A DNA stretch of 64,000 bases from a virus (lineage: Duplodnaviria > Caudoviricetes), in the IMG/VR virus record IMGVR_UViG_3300021426_000009, positions 1 through 64,000 of that record. One strand, written 5' to 3'. Position 1 is the first letter of the stretch; every line of letters starts with the position of its first letter. The translations under genes and the position numbers were made by a program. Shown here piece by piece: positions 1-9,044 of this stretch. Below the pieces are notes generated by a model, which worked only from the letters and a program-made list of their open reading frames with translations, did no database searches and was not told the origin of the DNA.

Positions 1-28
1 CGGGTTCGCTGTTCGGCCGGTTCAGTAA
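1..28 (+). CDS. 3' end of DGR target gene (VR/IMH; ...GFAVRPVQ*), probably a C-type-lectin-fold tail/receptor-binding protein
   Basis: Bases 1-25 are identical to TR 1040-1064, followed by TAA at 26-28 where TR continues CTTACA. The xVRPV ending is typical of CLec DGR targets. Confidence 0.85.
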
Positions 29-76
29 TATCGTTCTGCCCAGCAGGACAAAACCAACCCTCTTTCATTCGGAAGC

Positions 77-113
77 GTGCCACCAGGCCGCTCCCCAAGC
101 GGCCACAAGGCAC
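77..113 (+). other. DGR cis-acting hairpin/cruciform downstream of IMH
   Basis: GGCCGCT-cccca-AGCGGCC (86-104), extended by GTGCC/GGCAC (77-81/109-113), about 50 nt after the VR stop. Confidence 0.7.
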
Positions 114-164
114 ACTTCCGCAATGGGAGAGTATCAAAGTAACTAAGAAAAGGAGATAAAGAAA

Positions 165-725
165 ATGACAATAGCAGAAATAAGGGAGCTTGAAGGCTCA
201 AGGAACGAGTCAGGTCAGTTCAACGTCGTGCATTTCGTGAAGGAGGGGAACGGATTCTTCCGTGCCCATGACTGGAGTGCGTGGCTTCTGAAGCAGTTCC
301 CTCCCAATGATGTCATTGCAGACATGAGCGTCACGGCAAAGCGCCTGAAGGACGGCTATATCGATGCCTTCGTCGGATTCCCTGCCACCTCGCTGAAGAA
401 GTATATTCCCGATGCGGAGTCATTATCATTCAGCCCCGTCGATGACAACCATTTCACGGTGACGGTGGAGATTCCCGCTGAGATCGGAGAGGTGAGCTTC
501 GACAACCTCAACAAGATGAAGGAGGAATGGAAGGAGTCACTGCCCCTCCAGAACGGGAAGAAGGAGAGACGTGAGGAACGTGAGGTGTCGGAGCAGGCAC
601 CACGCATCGTCCGCCTGTCGGACCTCGCCAGCCGCCTCGTCTCCCTGCCGATGGAGGATCTGTCGCCCCGTGAGGCATGGGACATTCTCCGTGACCTCAG
701 GAAGCAGGCTTCTGCATTGTTTTAG
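165..725 (+). CDS. DGR accessory protein, MutS-N-terminal-like (MSL type)
   Basis: Lies between VR and TR. VHFVKEGNGFFRAHDWSAWLL resembles the MutS_I-like motif; it does not look like a four-helix Avd. Confidence 0.65.
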   Translation: MTIAEIRELEGSRNESGQFNVVHFVKEGNGFFRAHDWSAWLLKQFPPNDVIADMSVTAKRLKDGYIDAFVGFPATSLKKYIPDAESLSFSPVDDNHFTVTVEIPAEIGEVSFDNLNKMKEEWKESLPLQNGKKERREEREVSEQAPRIVRLSDLASRLVSLPMEDLSPREAWDILRDLRKQASALF

Positions 726-884
726 TGTTAGTCAACAGGAATATAAATCATAAGGATGACGGTTCGGAACGATATTCACAGGTCACACGTCCTTGCACCC
801 ATGTGGGTGTCGGGAAAAATGGAAGATGCCCGATGGTTCATGATGTCCCTTCGGGCGGTCGTGGAAGGTTGTGGCCGGAAAGAC

Positions 885-1064
885 TTTGCTTGCTCAGGCA
901 ACGGAAATGGTACTTCTTGGAACAATCGTGGTTCGAACGGCAACTACTGGTCTGCATCGCTCAACTCCGCAACGAATGGTCGGAACTTGAACTTCAACAG
1001 TGGTGGTGTCAACCCACAGAACAACAACAATCGGTTCAACGGGTTCGCTGTTCGGCCGGTTCAG
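885..1064 (+). ncRNA. DGR template repeat (TR); 5' boundary approximate
   Basis: 17 of 60 in-frame codons are AAY. It reads as CLec-like YWSASLNS...NFNSGGV...GFAVRPVQ, its 3' end matches the VR, and it sits just upstream of the RT. Confidence 0.9.
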
Positions 1065-1107
1065 CTTACAATTCTGAAAGTCGTCCTTTTACTCACAATA
1101 ACGTTGT

Positions 1108-2424
1108 ATGGTTCTGAGTCGCCAGCAGCTGCTGCTCGACCTCTATCAGGCCTTCTACTCTGCGAAGTGCCACAAGTCGAAACGCTCGTATGTCAGGAAA
1201 TGGGAGTCGAATCTCAGGCAGAACATGGAGGAGCTGTGCGACGACCTGTACTACCGCAGGTACCAGCCCCTGCCATCGAAGTGCTTCATCGTGGACTACC
1301 CGAAGAAGAGGGAGATATTCGCTGCGGTGTTCAGGGACAGGATCGTGCATCATCTGTACTTCAACTACACGCACTGCCTGTACGAGAGGACGTTCATTCA
1401 GGACACGTACTCGTGCATCAAGGGACGTGGCACGCACTACGGAATCGGGAGGATAACCGACTTCTGCAGGAAGGAGAGCCGCAACTGGCAGCGCAAGTGC
1501 TACGTCATGCACCTCGACATCAGAGGGTACTTCATGCACATCAGCCGGAGCAGGCTACTGGACATATCTCTCAGGACACTGGAGAAGATGGGTACCCATC
1601 CCATTGCGAAGGGCTCACGGCAGACGTGGCACGACATATTGGACATGGACCTCTTGAAATGGCTCACGGAGGTCATCATCATGCTCGACCCGAAGGTCAA
1701 CTGCATCATAGTGGGAGACCCGTCGGACTGGATAGGACTCGACCCTGCAAAGTCCATGCTGCATCTGGAGGACGGCCTCGGGCTGCCCATCGGCAACCTT
1801 ACCTCGCAGCTGTTCTCGAACGTGTACCTCAACAAGTTCGACCAGTTCATGAAGAGGGAGCTGAAATGCAGGTACTACGGGAGGTACGTGGACGATGCGG
1901 CGGTGGTATGCCACAGCAAGGAATGGCTGCTGTCGCTCGTACCGAGAATCAGGGAGTTCCTGAAGTCGGAGCTCGGCCTCGACCTGCATATGGGCAAGCT
2001 GGAGGTGTCGGAGGTACATCAAGGCACGGAGTTCCTCGGAGCGTTCATCAAGTCGTGGAGGACGTACACCTCGAACCATGCCCTGGAGAGAATGGAGAGG
2101 AAAATATCGGAGTTCGACTACTCGAAGCCTTGGAAGGTCATCAGAAGCGTCAACTCATACCTCGGTATATTCAGGCACACGGCCTCGTACAACATCTGCA
2201 GGAGGCTACTGATGAAGAAAGAGATTCTGCGCATCGGCATCTTCGACGTCAATATGACAAAGATGACGGACAGACTTTTATTTTATAAACATTTAAAATT
2301 TAGTGATTATGAACAAAGTTTTTGGAAAGAAGACGGACTTCGCCCCCATCAGGGAGGACGCAAGCCGGGTGATCGTCAGCTACGGCTATCAGGAAGCAGA
2401 CGAGGAGAATGCCACATGGTTTGA
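1108..2424 (+). CDS. DGR reverse transcriptase
   Basis: RT motifs KKREIFAAVFRDRIVHH, GLPIGNLTSQLFSNVYLN and YGRYVDD; adjacent to TR. Confidence 0.95.
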   Translation: MVLSRQQLLLDLYQAFYSAKCHKSKRSYVRKWESNLRQNMEELCDDLYYRRYQPLPSKCFIVDYPKKREIFAAVFRDRIVHHLYFNYTHCLYERTFIQDTYSCIKGRGTHYGIGRITDFCRKESRNWQRKCYVMHLDIRGYFMHISRSRLLDISLRTLEKMGTHPIAKGSRQTWHDILDMDLLKWLTEVIIMLDPKVNCIIVGDPSDWIGLDPAKSMLHLEDGLGLPIGNLTSQLFSNVYLNKFDQFMKRELKCRYYGRYVDDAAVVCHSKEWLLSLVPRIREFLKSELGLDLHMGKLEVSEVHQGTEFLGAFIKSWRTYTSNHALERMERKISEFDYSKPWKVIRSVNSYLGIFRHTASYNICRRLLMKKEILRIGIFDVNMTKMTDRLLFYKHLKFSDYEQSFWKEDGLRPHQGGRKPGDRQLRLSGSRRGECHMV

Positions 2425-2893
2425 GGTGTACTTCTACAAGAAGCAGGCCTCTCAGGTTTCACTTGCGGACGTCAAGGCCGCCATCATTGCGGACATCGAC
2501 GCAAGGACGGACGAGAAGATTCTCAACGGCTATGAGTGGACAATCCTGCACGGAGACCCACAGAAGGCCAAGAAGCAGCGTCTCATCGGTGAGACCGTGA
2601 AGGTATGGCTGTCCCGTGAGAACCAGTCCAACTACAAGGCTAAGTATGACCTGCACTATCAGAAGCCAGAGGCCCTGACGTTCCCGACCGTCTACAAGAT
2701 TGCAGAGAATGATCAGAAGGAAGCCATCTTCGAGGAGTTCCAGAGCTTCGAGGAGCTGGAGCAGTTCTATCTCGGAGGCATCGCCTACATCGAGGCCACC
2801 GTACAGGCCGGATGGGCTGAGAAGAAAGCCATCGACTGGGCTCCATATGAGTCGTTCTTCCCGACCCCTGAGAAAACTAACGCTTCAGAGTAA
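2309..2893 (+). CDS. hypothetical phage protein (post-DGR, tail-associated family)
   Basis: Clean ORF with phage codon bias behind an AT-rich leader. Confidence 0.75.
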   Translation: MNKVFGKKTDFAPIREDASRVIVSYGYQEADEENATWFEVYFYKKQASQVSLADVKAAIIADIDARTDEKILNGYEWTILHGDPQKAKKQRLIGETVKVWLSRENQSNYKAKYDLHYQKPEALTFPTVYKIAENDQKEAIFEEFQSFEELEQFYLGGIAYIEATVQAGWAEKKAIDWAPYESFFPTPEKTNASE

Positions 2894-2899
2894 AGCACT

Positions 2900-3403
2900 A
2901 TGATGACGATGCTTATCATATCCGCCATACTGGCCGTGCTCTATACGGGTGCGGCCATATGGAGGAACAGGTGCCTGCCTGACTCCATTTCGGCAATGGT
3001 CTATGACCTGCCAAAGTCCGGTAAGTACCTGTGGACTGTCTGGCTGTGGACAGTGACGGAGCTGATATGCCCGCCCCTCTTCGAGACCATTCCCGAGGAC
3101 TACGGTGTGCTGGCCCACTGCTTCGTCACCTGCATGATGTTCACGGGAGCCATGCCGCTCGTCAAGGGAGAGAAGAACAAGGCACACAACGCACTCGGCA
3201 TCACGGCAGGCATATTCTCTCAGATATGCGTGGCCATCATCGATGCCCAGTGGCTCGGTCTGTGGGCTCTGTTCGTCTTCATCATGGGCAGCGTGTTTGT
3301 ACAGCCTGAAGGTGAGCTCGGAAAGGCTGTAAAGGGAAAAGGTGTGTTCGTGGCCGAGGCCGTATGCTGGCTGTCGGTCATGGGAAGTCTTATTTTCAAG
3401 TGA
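2900..3403 (+). CDS. multi-pass membrane protein
   Basis: About 5 hydrophobic segments. Confidence 0.75.
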   Translation: MMTMLIISAILAVLYTGAAIWRNRCLPDSISAMVYDLPKSGKYLWTVWLWTVTELICPPLFETIPEDYGVLAHCFVTCMMFTGAMPLVKGEKNKAHNALGITAGIFSQICVAIIDAQWLGLWALFVFIMGSVFVQPEGELGKAVKGKGVFVAEAVCWLSVMGSLIFK

Positions 3404-3413
3404 TAAGGTAATT

Positions 3414-4007
3414 ATGGACACTTCTACTGGAGCAAAGGGCATCCTTTGGGGAACGATAGGCGCTGAGCTGCTGTCAGTCGTATATGACCTGAGGTACATG
3501 GTGATATGCTCGTTCGCACTGATACTGGCCGACCTGTGGTGGGGCTACTCCGAGAGCTGCATGAGGTACAAGAGGGCCAAGGAATCGGGAAGCGAGTACG
3601 GCATGGACAAGTACAAGTGGCACAAGTCGAGGGCTGGACGGAGGACGGCGAACAAGATCGTCGACTACCTCACATTCCTCGTCGTTGGCGCATTGATAGG
3701 CCTGGCGATAACAGAGCCTATGAACATCTGCACGCATGTCTGGACTGCAGCAATCGGTCTCGGCATAGGGTGCGCCTGTGAGATAGCATCCATCATCGGC
3801 CATGTGGCATACGTGAGGATGGGTGTTGAGATAAGCATGGTTGACGGATGGAAGGCCTTCATGCGCTTCCTCGGCAAGCTCATCAAGGTGAGGAGCAGCG
3901 AGATAGGCGAGGCCGTCGAGGACCTCGGACACGAGCACGCACACCACCACCACCATCACGAATACCATGACGAGTACTATGACAACGAGAATAACATGGA
4001 AGATTGA
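3414..4007 (+). CDS. putative holin with His-rich C-terminus
   Basis: TM segments and a KSRAGRRTANKIVDY motif, directly upstream of the endolysin. Confidence 0.7.
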   Translation: MDTSTGAKGILWGTIGAELLSVVYDLRYMVICSFALILADLWWGYSESCMRYKRAKESGSEYGMDKYKWHKSRAGRRTANKIVDYLTFLVVGALIGLAITEPMNICTHVWTAAIGLGIGCACEIASIIGHVAYVRMGVEISMVDGWKAFMRFLGKLIKVRSSEIGEAVEDLGHEHAHHHHHHEYHDEYYDNENNMED

Positions 4008-4009
4008 CT

Positions 4010-4546
4010 ATGGCAAGATGTGAGACATTGAAGCCGTTCATCCTGAGCTGGGAGGGTGGCTTCGCAAACGTGCCTGGAGACAGGGGTGGCGCCACTAACA
4101 AGGGAGTGACGATAGCCACCTTCCGCAGCGTCTTCGGCAACGACAGGACTGTGGAAGACCTCAGGAGGATGACGGACGAGCAGTGGATGCTAATCTTCAG
4201 GAGGTACTTCTGGAACAAGTGGAAGGCCGACGAGATTGAGTGCCAGGCCATCGCCAACCTGCTGGTCGACTGGACGTGGACATCGGGAAAGTACGGCATA
4301 CGCATCCCTCAGAGCGTCCTCGGTGTGGCCATCGACGGGATGGTGGGACCGAAGACAATAGCGGCCATCAACTCCCATCCCGACAAAAGACAGCTGTTCA
4401 ACAGGCTGTGGACGGCACGCAAGGAGTACTTCGAGCGTATCGGAAAGGGCACTCAGGCCAAGTTCCTGAAGGGCTGGCTGAACCGCAACAACGGCATCGG
4501 ATGGGACAGGCTCGTCTGCAATAACGGTAAGGTGATAAGGTTCTGA
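4010..4546 (+). CDS. endolysin, glycoside hydrolase family 108
   Basis: EGGFANVPGDRGGATNKGVT motif; C-terminal FLKGWLNR peptidoglycan-binding motif. Confidence 0.9.
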   Translation: MARCETLKPFILSWEGGFANVPGDRGGATNKGVTIATFRSVFGNDRTVEDLRRMTDEQWMLIFRRYFWNKWKADEIECQAIANLLVDWTWTSGKYGIRIPQSVLGVAIDGMVGPKTIAAINSHPDKRQLFNRLWTARKEYFERIGKGTQAKFLKGWLNRNNGIGWDRLVCNNGKVIRF

Positions 4547-4548
4547 AT

Positions 4549-4680
4549 ATGGAGTATAGGGAAGACAGAGGGTACTACGAGAGGAAATCCCTCGAGGACA
4601 GCATGAAGAGCTGCCTCATATGCCTCATAGGACTTGTCGCAGTGGCCGTCTCATGTGTCATCTACGGGTTACTGAAATGA
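4549..4680 (+). CDS. 43-aa single-TM protein (not in ORF track)
   Basis: MEYREDRGYYERKSLEDSMKSCLICLIGLVAVAVSCVIYGLLK; its stop overlaps the next start (ATGA). Confidence 0.6.
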   Translation: MEYREDRGYYERKSLEDSMKSCLICLIGLVAVAVSCVIYGLLK

Positions 4681-4802
4681 ACGAGAACGAATATTATGAA
4701 GCGTTATCGAGGCAGGGTATGAGGACGGGCTGCATGCTCTCGTTGCTTGCCGGAGCGGTGGTCTTCCTCCTGCTCTGCCTTGCAAAGACAATGGAGAAAT
4801 GA
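4677..4802 (+). CDS. 41-aa single-TM protein
   Basis: MNENEYYEALSRQGMRTGCMLSLLAGAVVFLLLCLAKTMEK; ATGA-coupled on both sides. Confidence 0.6.
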   Translation: MNENEYYEALSRQGMRTGCMLSLLAGAVVFLLLCLAKTMEK

Positions 4803-5398
4803 ACAAGGAAAGGTATCTGACATACATAGCCGTTGGGCTGTTCGCCTGCCTGATGGTCTCCCTGATGGTCAACTGCTGGCAGTACAGGGAAGCCAAGGGA
4901 CGGACGGACAGGACGGAGATCGTCATAGACACGGTGTACAATGAGAGGACGGACACGGCTCCCAAGCAGAGGAGCGAGACCATGACGGGTGTCATTTCCG
5001 TCCCAGTGAGGAAAATTTCCGATTCAGGGGAGAAAATTTCCGAAAATGCGGGATCTGTTTCCGACAGCACGGACAATGCCCTGGAGATAGCAGGGGACTC
5101 CGTAAGGATTCCCATCACTCAGAAGGTATATGAGGACAGCCTCTATACGGCATACGTCAGCGGCTACCACCAGTCGCTTGACAGCATCACAATACGGGAG
5201 AGGACGGTCATGAAGACCGTCACGAACTACACGACGGAGACGGAGTTCAGAAGGTGGAACATAGGACTCACGGCCGGCTACGGCTACGGGGTCAGGAACA
5301 GGAACCTCGACTTCTTCATAGGTGTGGGACTGACGTACAACCTCTTCCCGAACAAGAAGAGAAAGAGACCGTCTACAGCGGTAGCCGGTGGTTTTTAG
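4799..5398 (+). CDS. spanin-like lysis accessory protein
   Basis: N-terminal TM anchor, last gene of the lysis cassette, beta-rich C-terminus. Confidence 0.55.
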   Translation: MNKERYLTYIAVGLFACLMVSLMVNCWQYREAKGRTDRTEIVIDTVYNERTDTAPKQRSETMTGVISVPVRKISDSGEKISENAGSVSDSTDNALEIAGDSVRIPITQKVYEDSLYTAYVSGYHQSLDSITIRERTVMKTVTNYTTETEFRRWNIGLTAGYGYGVRNRNLDFFIGVGLTYNLFPNKKRKRPSTAVAGGF

Positions 5399-5448
5399 TT
5401 ATTATAAGAATTGTTTTAGGTTAGTAAGTAGTTAGTAGTTTTTTCATC

Positions 5449-5579
5449 GGTAGCCGTCCGTGAGGATAGCTACCATTTTGAAAGGAAGATACGACATCAC
5501 GCAAAAGCGATTCATATAGTTAGTTGGTTAGTTATTAGTATTTTCTTCGTGAACGGCAGTCTGGGAAGATAGCCGTTCA
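5449..5579 (+). terminator. two tandem GNRA-capped hairpins after the lysis cassette
   Basis: GGTAGC..GTCC-GTGA-GGAT..GCTACC (5449-5474) and TGAACGGC..GTCT-GGGA-AGAT..GCCGTTCA (5550-5579). Confidence 0.55.
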
Positions 5580-5621
5580 TTTTTTCAGAACGGAATCAGA
5601 ATGGACATGAAAACGGAACGA

Positions 5622-6020
5622 GAATGGTACAACAGAAAACCTCTCGGAATGCCTTTGTACAAAGGAAAAGCGCCGACCATGCTCACGAAAACGGTACAAC
5701 AAACGGGACAACAAACAGGACAACAAACAGGTCAACAAACGGGACAACAGATGCCAAAACCATGGTTTCGGGATGATGACGGACACAAAACGGGGCAACA
5801 GAATCCTGATGTATAAGCCTATCTCTCAGGCAATTATGAGAAGGCGGTTACGAAAACGAACATCAAACGAGACAACAGATCGACCATTTTTGAAAAATGA
5901 GACAACAAAACGTGCATAGAATGGTACAACAGAATTTGCTTGTAAGTGTATCAAAATCAGGGATTTACGGATAGGCCGTTTTGAAAACGGGACAACAAAC
6001 GAGTCAACAAACGAGGCAAC
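5622..6020 (+). repeat. iteron-like 12-bp repeats (consensus AAACGRGACAAC), about 13 copies; putative replication origin with AT-rich tract 6033-6095
   Basis: Tandem x5 at 5689-5748 and x3 at 5985-6020; dispersed copies at 5622, 5788, 5865, 5895 and 5919; followed by a TATATATATAGTATATAATATATATAG tract. Confidence 0.7.
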
Positions 6021-6144
6021 AGTTTTGCGGCCTATATATATAGTATATAATATATATAGAGTATATTAGTTATTTATTCACTACGTTCATAAATAACCAG
6101 CGTGTACGGACGTTTCAGGCCGTCACTCCCTAAACAAAGAGAAA

Positions 6145-6266
6145 AAGTTAAACTTACTGAAAATCAAGCAGTTGCAGCGAAAATAATCCGAAAAAGGCTT
6201 GGATAATTGCAAAAAAATGACTACCTTTACATCAAATATAAGAAACATCACTAAAAGACAAGAGCA
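6145..6266 (+). promoter_or_regulatory. repeated ~125-bp early-type promoter/leader, copy 1
   Basis: AAGTTAAAC..AATCAAGCAGTTG..TTGCAAAAAAATGACTACCTTTAC..ATAAGAAAC..AAGAGCA-ATG. Confidence 0.75.
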
Positions 6267-6605
6267 ATGAAAGAGTATCGCATTTATCAGGTAAACGATG
6301 ACAGGCAGGATGGCCGTTACATCAAGTTCATGGGTCTGGAGTTCGTAAAGGAGAACGGGCTGTGTGTCATGGAGGGCGACCTCTGCAAGATCGACAGCGA
6401 CCTCTACGACATGGTCTATGAGGGACAGACCGAGGTAGGCGAGGATGAGGAAGCCATCGTCACTCTCGAATACCTGTACATGAAGTTCCAAGGAGAGAAG
6501 CCAGAGGGCTACAAGGGACACAGCCTGTCGGTGTCGGACGTGGTCGTTCTGGACGGAACAGCCTACTACGTCGACGACTACGGCTTCGAGGAGATAGATT
6601 TTTAG
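6267..6605 (+). CDS. YodL-like domain protein
   Basis: LEYLYMKFQGEKPEGYKGHSLSVSDVVVL motif. Confidence 0.75.
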   Translation: MKEYRIYQVNDDRQDGRYIKFMGLEFVKENGLCVMEGDLCKIDSDLYDMVYEGQTEVGEDEEAIVTLEYLYMKFQGEKPEGYKGHSLSVSDVVVLDGTAYYVDDYGFEEIDF

Positions 6606-6629
6606 TATTCACCTATAAACGTAAGAGCA

Positions 6630-7124
6630 ATGGACAAGAAGAGACTGAACGCAGTAATCGATGAGCTTACCTCCATCATCGATGAAATGCAAGGTGAGGT
6701 AAACGATTTCATGGCGGTCAAGAGCCGCTGGTACGAACGTCAGCTGGAGCTGTACCGCAGCGGGCTGATTTCCCATGAGGACTTCGACAAGAAGGTATGG
6801 AAGGAGCATCAGACGATGCACACCTGCTTCGACGATGACCTGTACGCTCTCCAGCGTCTGGCACTCTGCCTCGACAAGAGGTACGAGAACTTCCGACAGC
6901 TGCAGGGGCACTTCGGGCGCATAGCGGTGACAACCAGGTTCGAGATACCGGAGGGACTGAAGGAGTTCGAGGTCGAGTACAAGGACAGCGGGTGTGCCTG
7001 CAACGAGACGGAGCTCTACATCACAAAGGATGCCTATGAGGCCAAGAGACTGTGCCTCGAGCAGGTGAAGCGCGTGTTCAATGAGGTTGACATCATAGAG
7101 GTAAGGGAGGTGAGCCATGAATAA
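6630..7124 (+). CDS. hypothetical protein
   Basis: ORF behind an AAGAGCAATG leader. Confidence 0.75.
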   Translation: MDKKRLNAVIDELTSIIDEMQGEVNDFMAVKSRWYERQLELYRSGLISHEDFDKKVWKEHQTMHTCFDDDLYALQRLALCLDKRYENFRQLQGHFGRIAVTTRFEIPEGLKEFEVEYKDSGCACNETELYITKDAYEAKRLCLEQVKRVFNEVDIIEVREVSHE

Positions 7125-7341
7125 CTACTTGCCAAGCATCGCCCAGCAGATATTAGATACTGCCTGGAGCCAGTTGGAGGATGCCGACTACGAGAACCAT
7201 GCGAGAGTGATTATCGGCAACGACATGGTGCTTGTCGATAAGGATGACTTTGAGGAGCTGAAGCAGGTTGTCACCAATGACAGGGATCTGCAGGACTTCA
7301 GCGAGATTGTTGACGTAAAGGAGAAAAGCAATGAAGACTAA
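7117..7341 (+). CDS. hypothetical protein
   Basis: Overlap-coupled ORF. Confidence 0.7.
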   Translation: MNNYLPSIAQQILDTAWSQLEDADYENHARVIIGNDMVLVDKDDFEELKQVVTNDRDLQDFSEIVDVKEKSNED

Positions 7342-7927
7342 GTATCAGAAGCAGGCGGAGGAGCTCAAGAACAAGCTCCCCTACATCTATGTGACGAAAC
7401 TCGAGAACAACAGGTCGGACTATCGGGCCTGCATCAACGGAGAGCCGTACCTGACCGTCGGGGCGCTGCCGGCATTCAACAGCCTCGAGAGACTGAAGAG
7501 ATGGGCAAGGAAGCACGGATGGGAACAGTCGGACCTGTTCCCATGTATGGCAGGTTCAAGCGACTACTACGGAGCCCTGACGTTCCTTGTCAGGGTGAAT
7601 GCCCTGAAGGAAGGAGGCGACGACCTGAAGAACTACATGTGCAAGAACAAGTTCGAGGCCTTCGAGGAAAGCGACAAGAAGAACTACGACAAGGCCATAG
7701 AGCTGTGTTTCAGGGAATGGCCGACGCATAAGGAGGACTGGAGGTTCGAGAAGAAGCAGATGGAAGACGCTGATTTCGGGGAGGCCTTCAGGGTATGGGA
7801 GGAGCGCAGGCGACTCATCAGGATAAACCCAGATGACGAGGAGCCTGACATCGAGACTTGTATCAGAGTGTTGAAGAAGAACGGCTACAAAATTCAGAAG
7901 CCGGTCGTAACGTATGAGGATGTTTGA
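7331..7927 (+). CDS. hypothetical protein
   Basis: Overlap-coupled ORF with phage codon bias. Confidence 0.7.
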   Translation: MKTKYQKQAEELKNKLPYIYVTKLENNRSDYRACINGEPYLTVGALPAFNSLERLKRWARKHGWEQSDLFPCMAGSSDYYGALTFLVRVNALKEGGDDLKNYMCKNKFEAFEESDKKNYDKAIELCFREWPTHKEDWRFEKKQMEDADFGEAFRVWEERRRLIRINPDDEEPDIETCIRVLKKNGYKIQKPVVTYEDV

Positions 7928-7929
7928 TT

Positions 7930-8430
7930 ATGAAGAAGATTGATTTCTATGAGAAGAAGAAGGCCTTGCATCTTGAAATGCTGGAGGCCATCGTAGCCCT
8001 ATTCGAGAAAGCAGGGTTTGATGAGATAGATTTACTCCCTGACGGAGAGTGGCAGCGTAACGCATACGTCCTGTACTGCCCTGACGGAGCATACAGCATT
8101 CAGGAGTTCAGAGTATGGAAGGTTCGCTGCAGGGAAGGGATCGTTGAGGTACTGGCAGAAGGTGACGAGGATGAGCACTGGATATCCTGCGAGCATGCCG
8201 GAGACATCATGACGGACTCCCTTGACAGTCTGTACGAGGCCGTGTACGATGAGGTGGCAGATCTGAACCATGTGTACTACATTTGCGAGCTGGACGAGTC
8301 TGGGAAACCTACTGGAAAGGTCACGAAAGAGACCTGGAGACTGGAGTATGCAGAGAACATGATGGAGTCGAGAGGATTCATCTACAATGACTTCGAGACC
8401 GCCATGCTGCACGCTCAGTATAAAAGTTAA
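7930..8430 (+). CDS. hypothetical protein
   Basis: ORF in the early cluster. Confidence 0.7.
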   Translation: MKKIDFYEKKKALHLEMLEAIVALFEKAGFDEIDLLPDGEWQRNAYVLYCPDGAYSIQEFRVWKVRCREGIVEVLAEGDEDEHWISCEHAGDIMTDSLDSLYEAVYDEVADLNHVYYICELDESGKPTGKVTKETWRLEYAENMMESRGFIYNDFETAMLHAQYKS

Positions 8431-8557
8431 ACAATCTGAATATCAGGTTGTTAGGGCGAAAATAAAGCCGAAAACATTTGGTCATTTGCGAAAAAATGAC
8501 TACCTTTACAATGTAATTATAAGAAACCCGATTAGTAACGTTTAAACAAGAAGAGCA
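8424..8557 (+). promoter_or_regulatory. repeated early-type promoter/leader, copy 2
   Basis: Same blocks as copy 1 (TTTGCGAAAAAATGACTACCTTTACA). Confidence 0.75.
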
Positions 8558-8791
8558 ATGAACAAGCAAAGAAGAAGCAGATTACAGAAAGTGATTGACC
8601 AACTGGAAGACCTCAAGGCTGAGGTCGCCTCCATCTGCGAGGAGGAACAGGAGGCCTACGACAACATGCCTGAAGGTCTTCAGGATGCGGAGAGAGGTCA
8701 GCAGATTTACGAGAACATCAGCAACCTCGAGGACAGGGAAGGAGACTTCGACGATTTGATCAGCAATCTCGAGGATGTGATAAACGCTTAG
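8558..8791 (+). CDS. small acidic coiled-coil protein
   Basis: ORF behind an AAGAGCAATG leader. Confidence 0.75.
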   Translation: MNKQRRSRLQKVIDQLEDLKAEVASICEEEQEAYDNMPEGLQDAERGQQIYENISNLEDREGDFDDLISNLEDVINA

Positions 8792-8795
8792 CCCT

Positions 8796-9041
8796 ATGCA
8801 GACTCTGGAGAAGAAGTTCCCGAATGGTTCGGTTCACACCTATACGCTGACTGAGCCGGACAAGGCCGGCACCACCTCCCATCGGTGGGCCACTAAGGAC
8901 GGAAAGCCGTTCCTGCACATCATGCCCTCCGAGGAGGGCTACTGCAACCTGTTCATCCATTGCGGTGAGGCAGGGTATCTGAAGCAAGGGGAGCTGATGG
9001 TTCCCTTCGATGATCTGAAAGTAGAACAGATAGCATTTTGA
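8796..9041 (+). CDS. hypothetical protein
   Basis: ORF track. Confidence 0.65.
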   Translation: MQTLEKKFPNGSVHTYTLTEPDKAGTTSHRWATKDGKPFLHIMPSEEGYCNLFIHCGEAGYLKQGELMVPFDDLKVEQIAF

Positions 9042-9044
9042 ACT

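Noticed and set aside
756-2288. 510-aa ORF spanning TR and RT
   Set aside because: Reads through the TR (non-coding template) and overlaps the RT in another frame; no coherent protein.
5689-5748. Tandem repeats as a CRISPR array
   Set aside because: 12-bp head-to-tail units with no spacers and no cas genes.
5601-5816. ORF with QQTG repeats
   Set aside because: Most simply the translation of the 12-bp iterons; no evidence of a real gene (kept only as an alternative in the origin finding).
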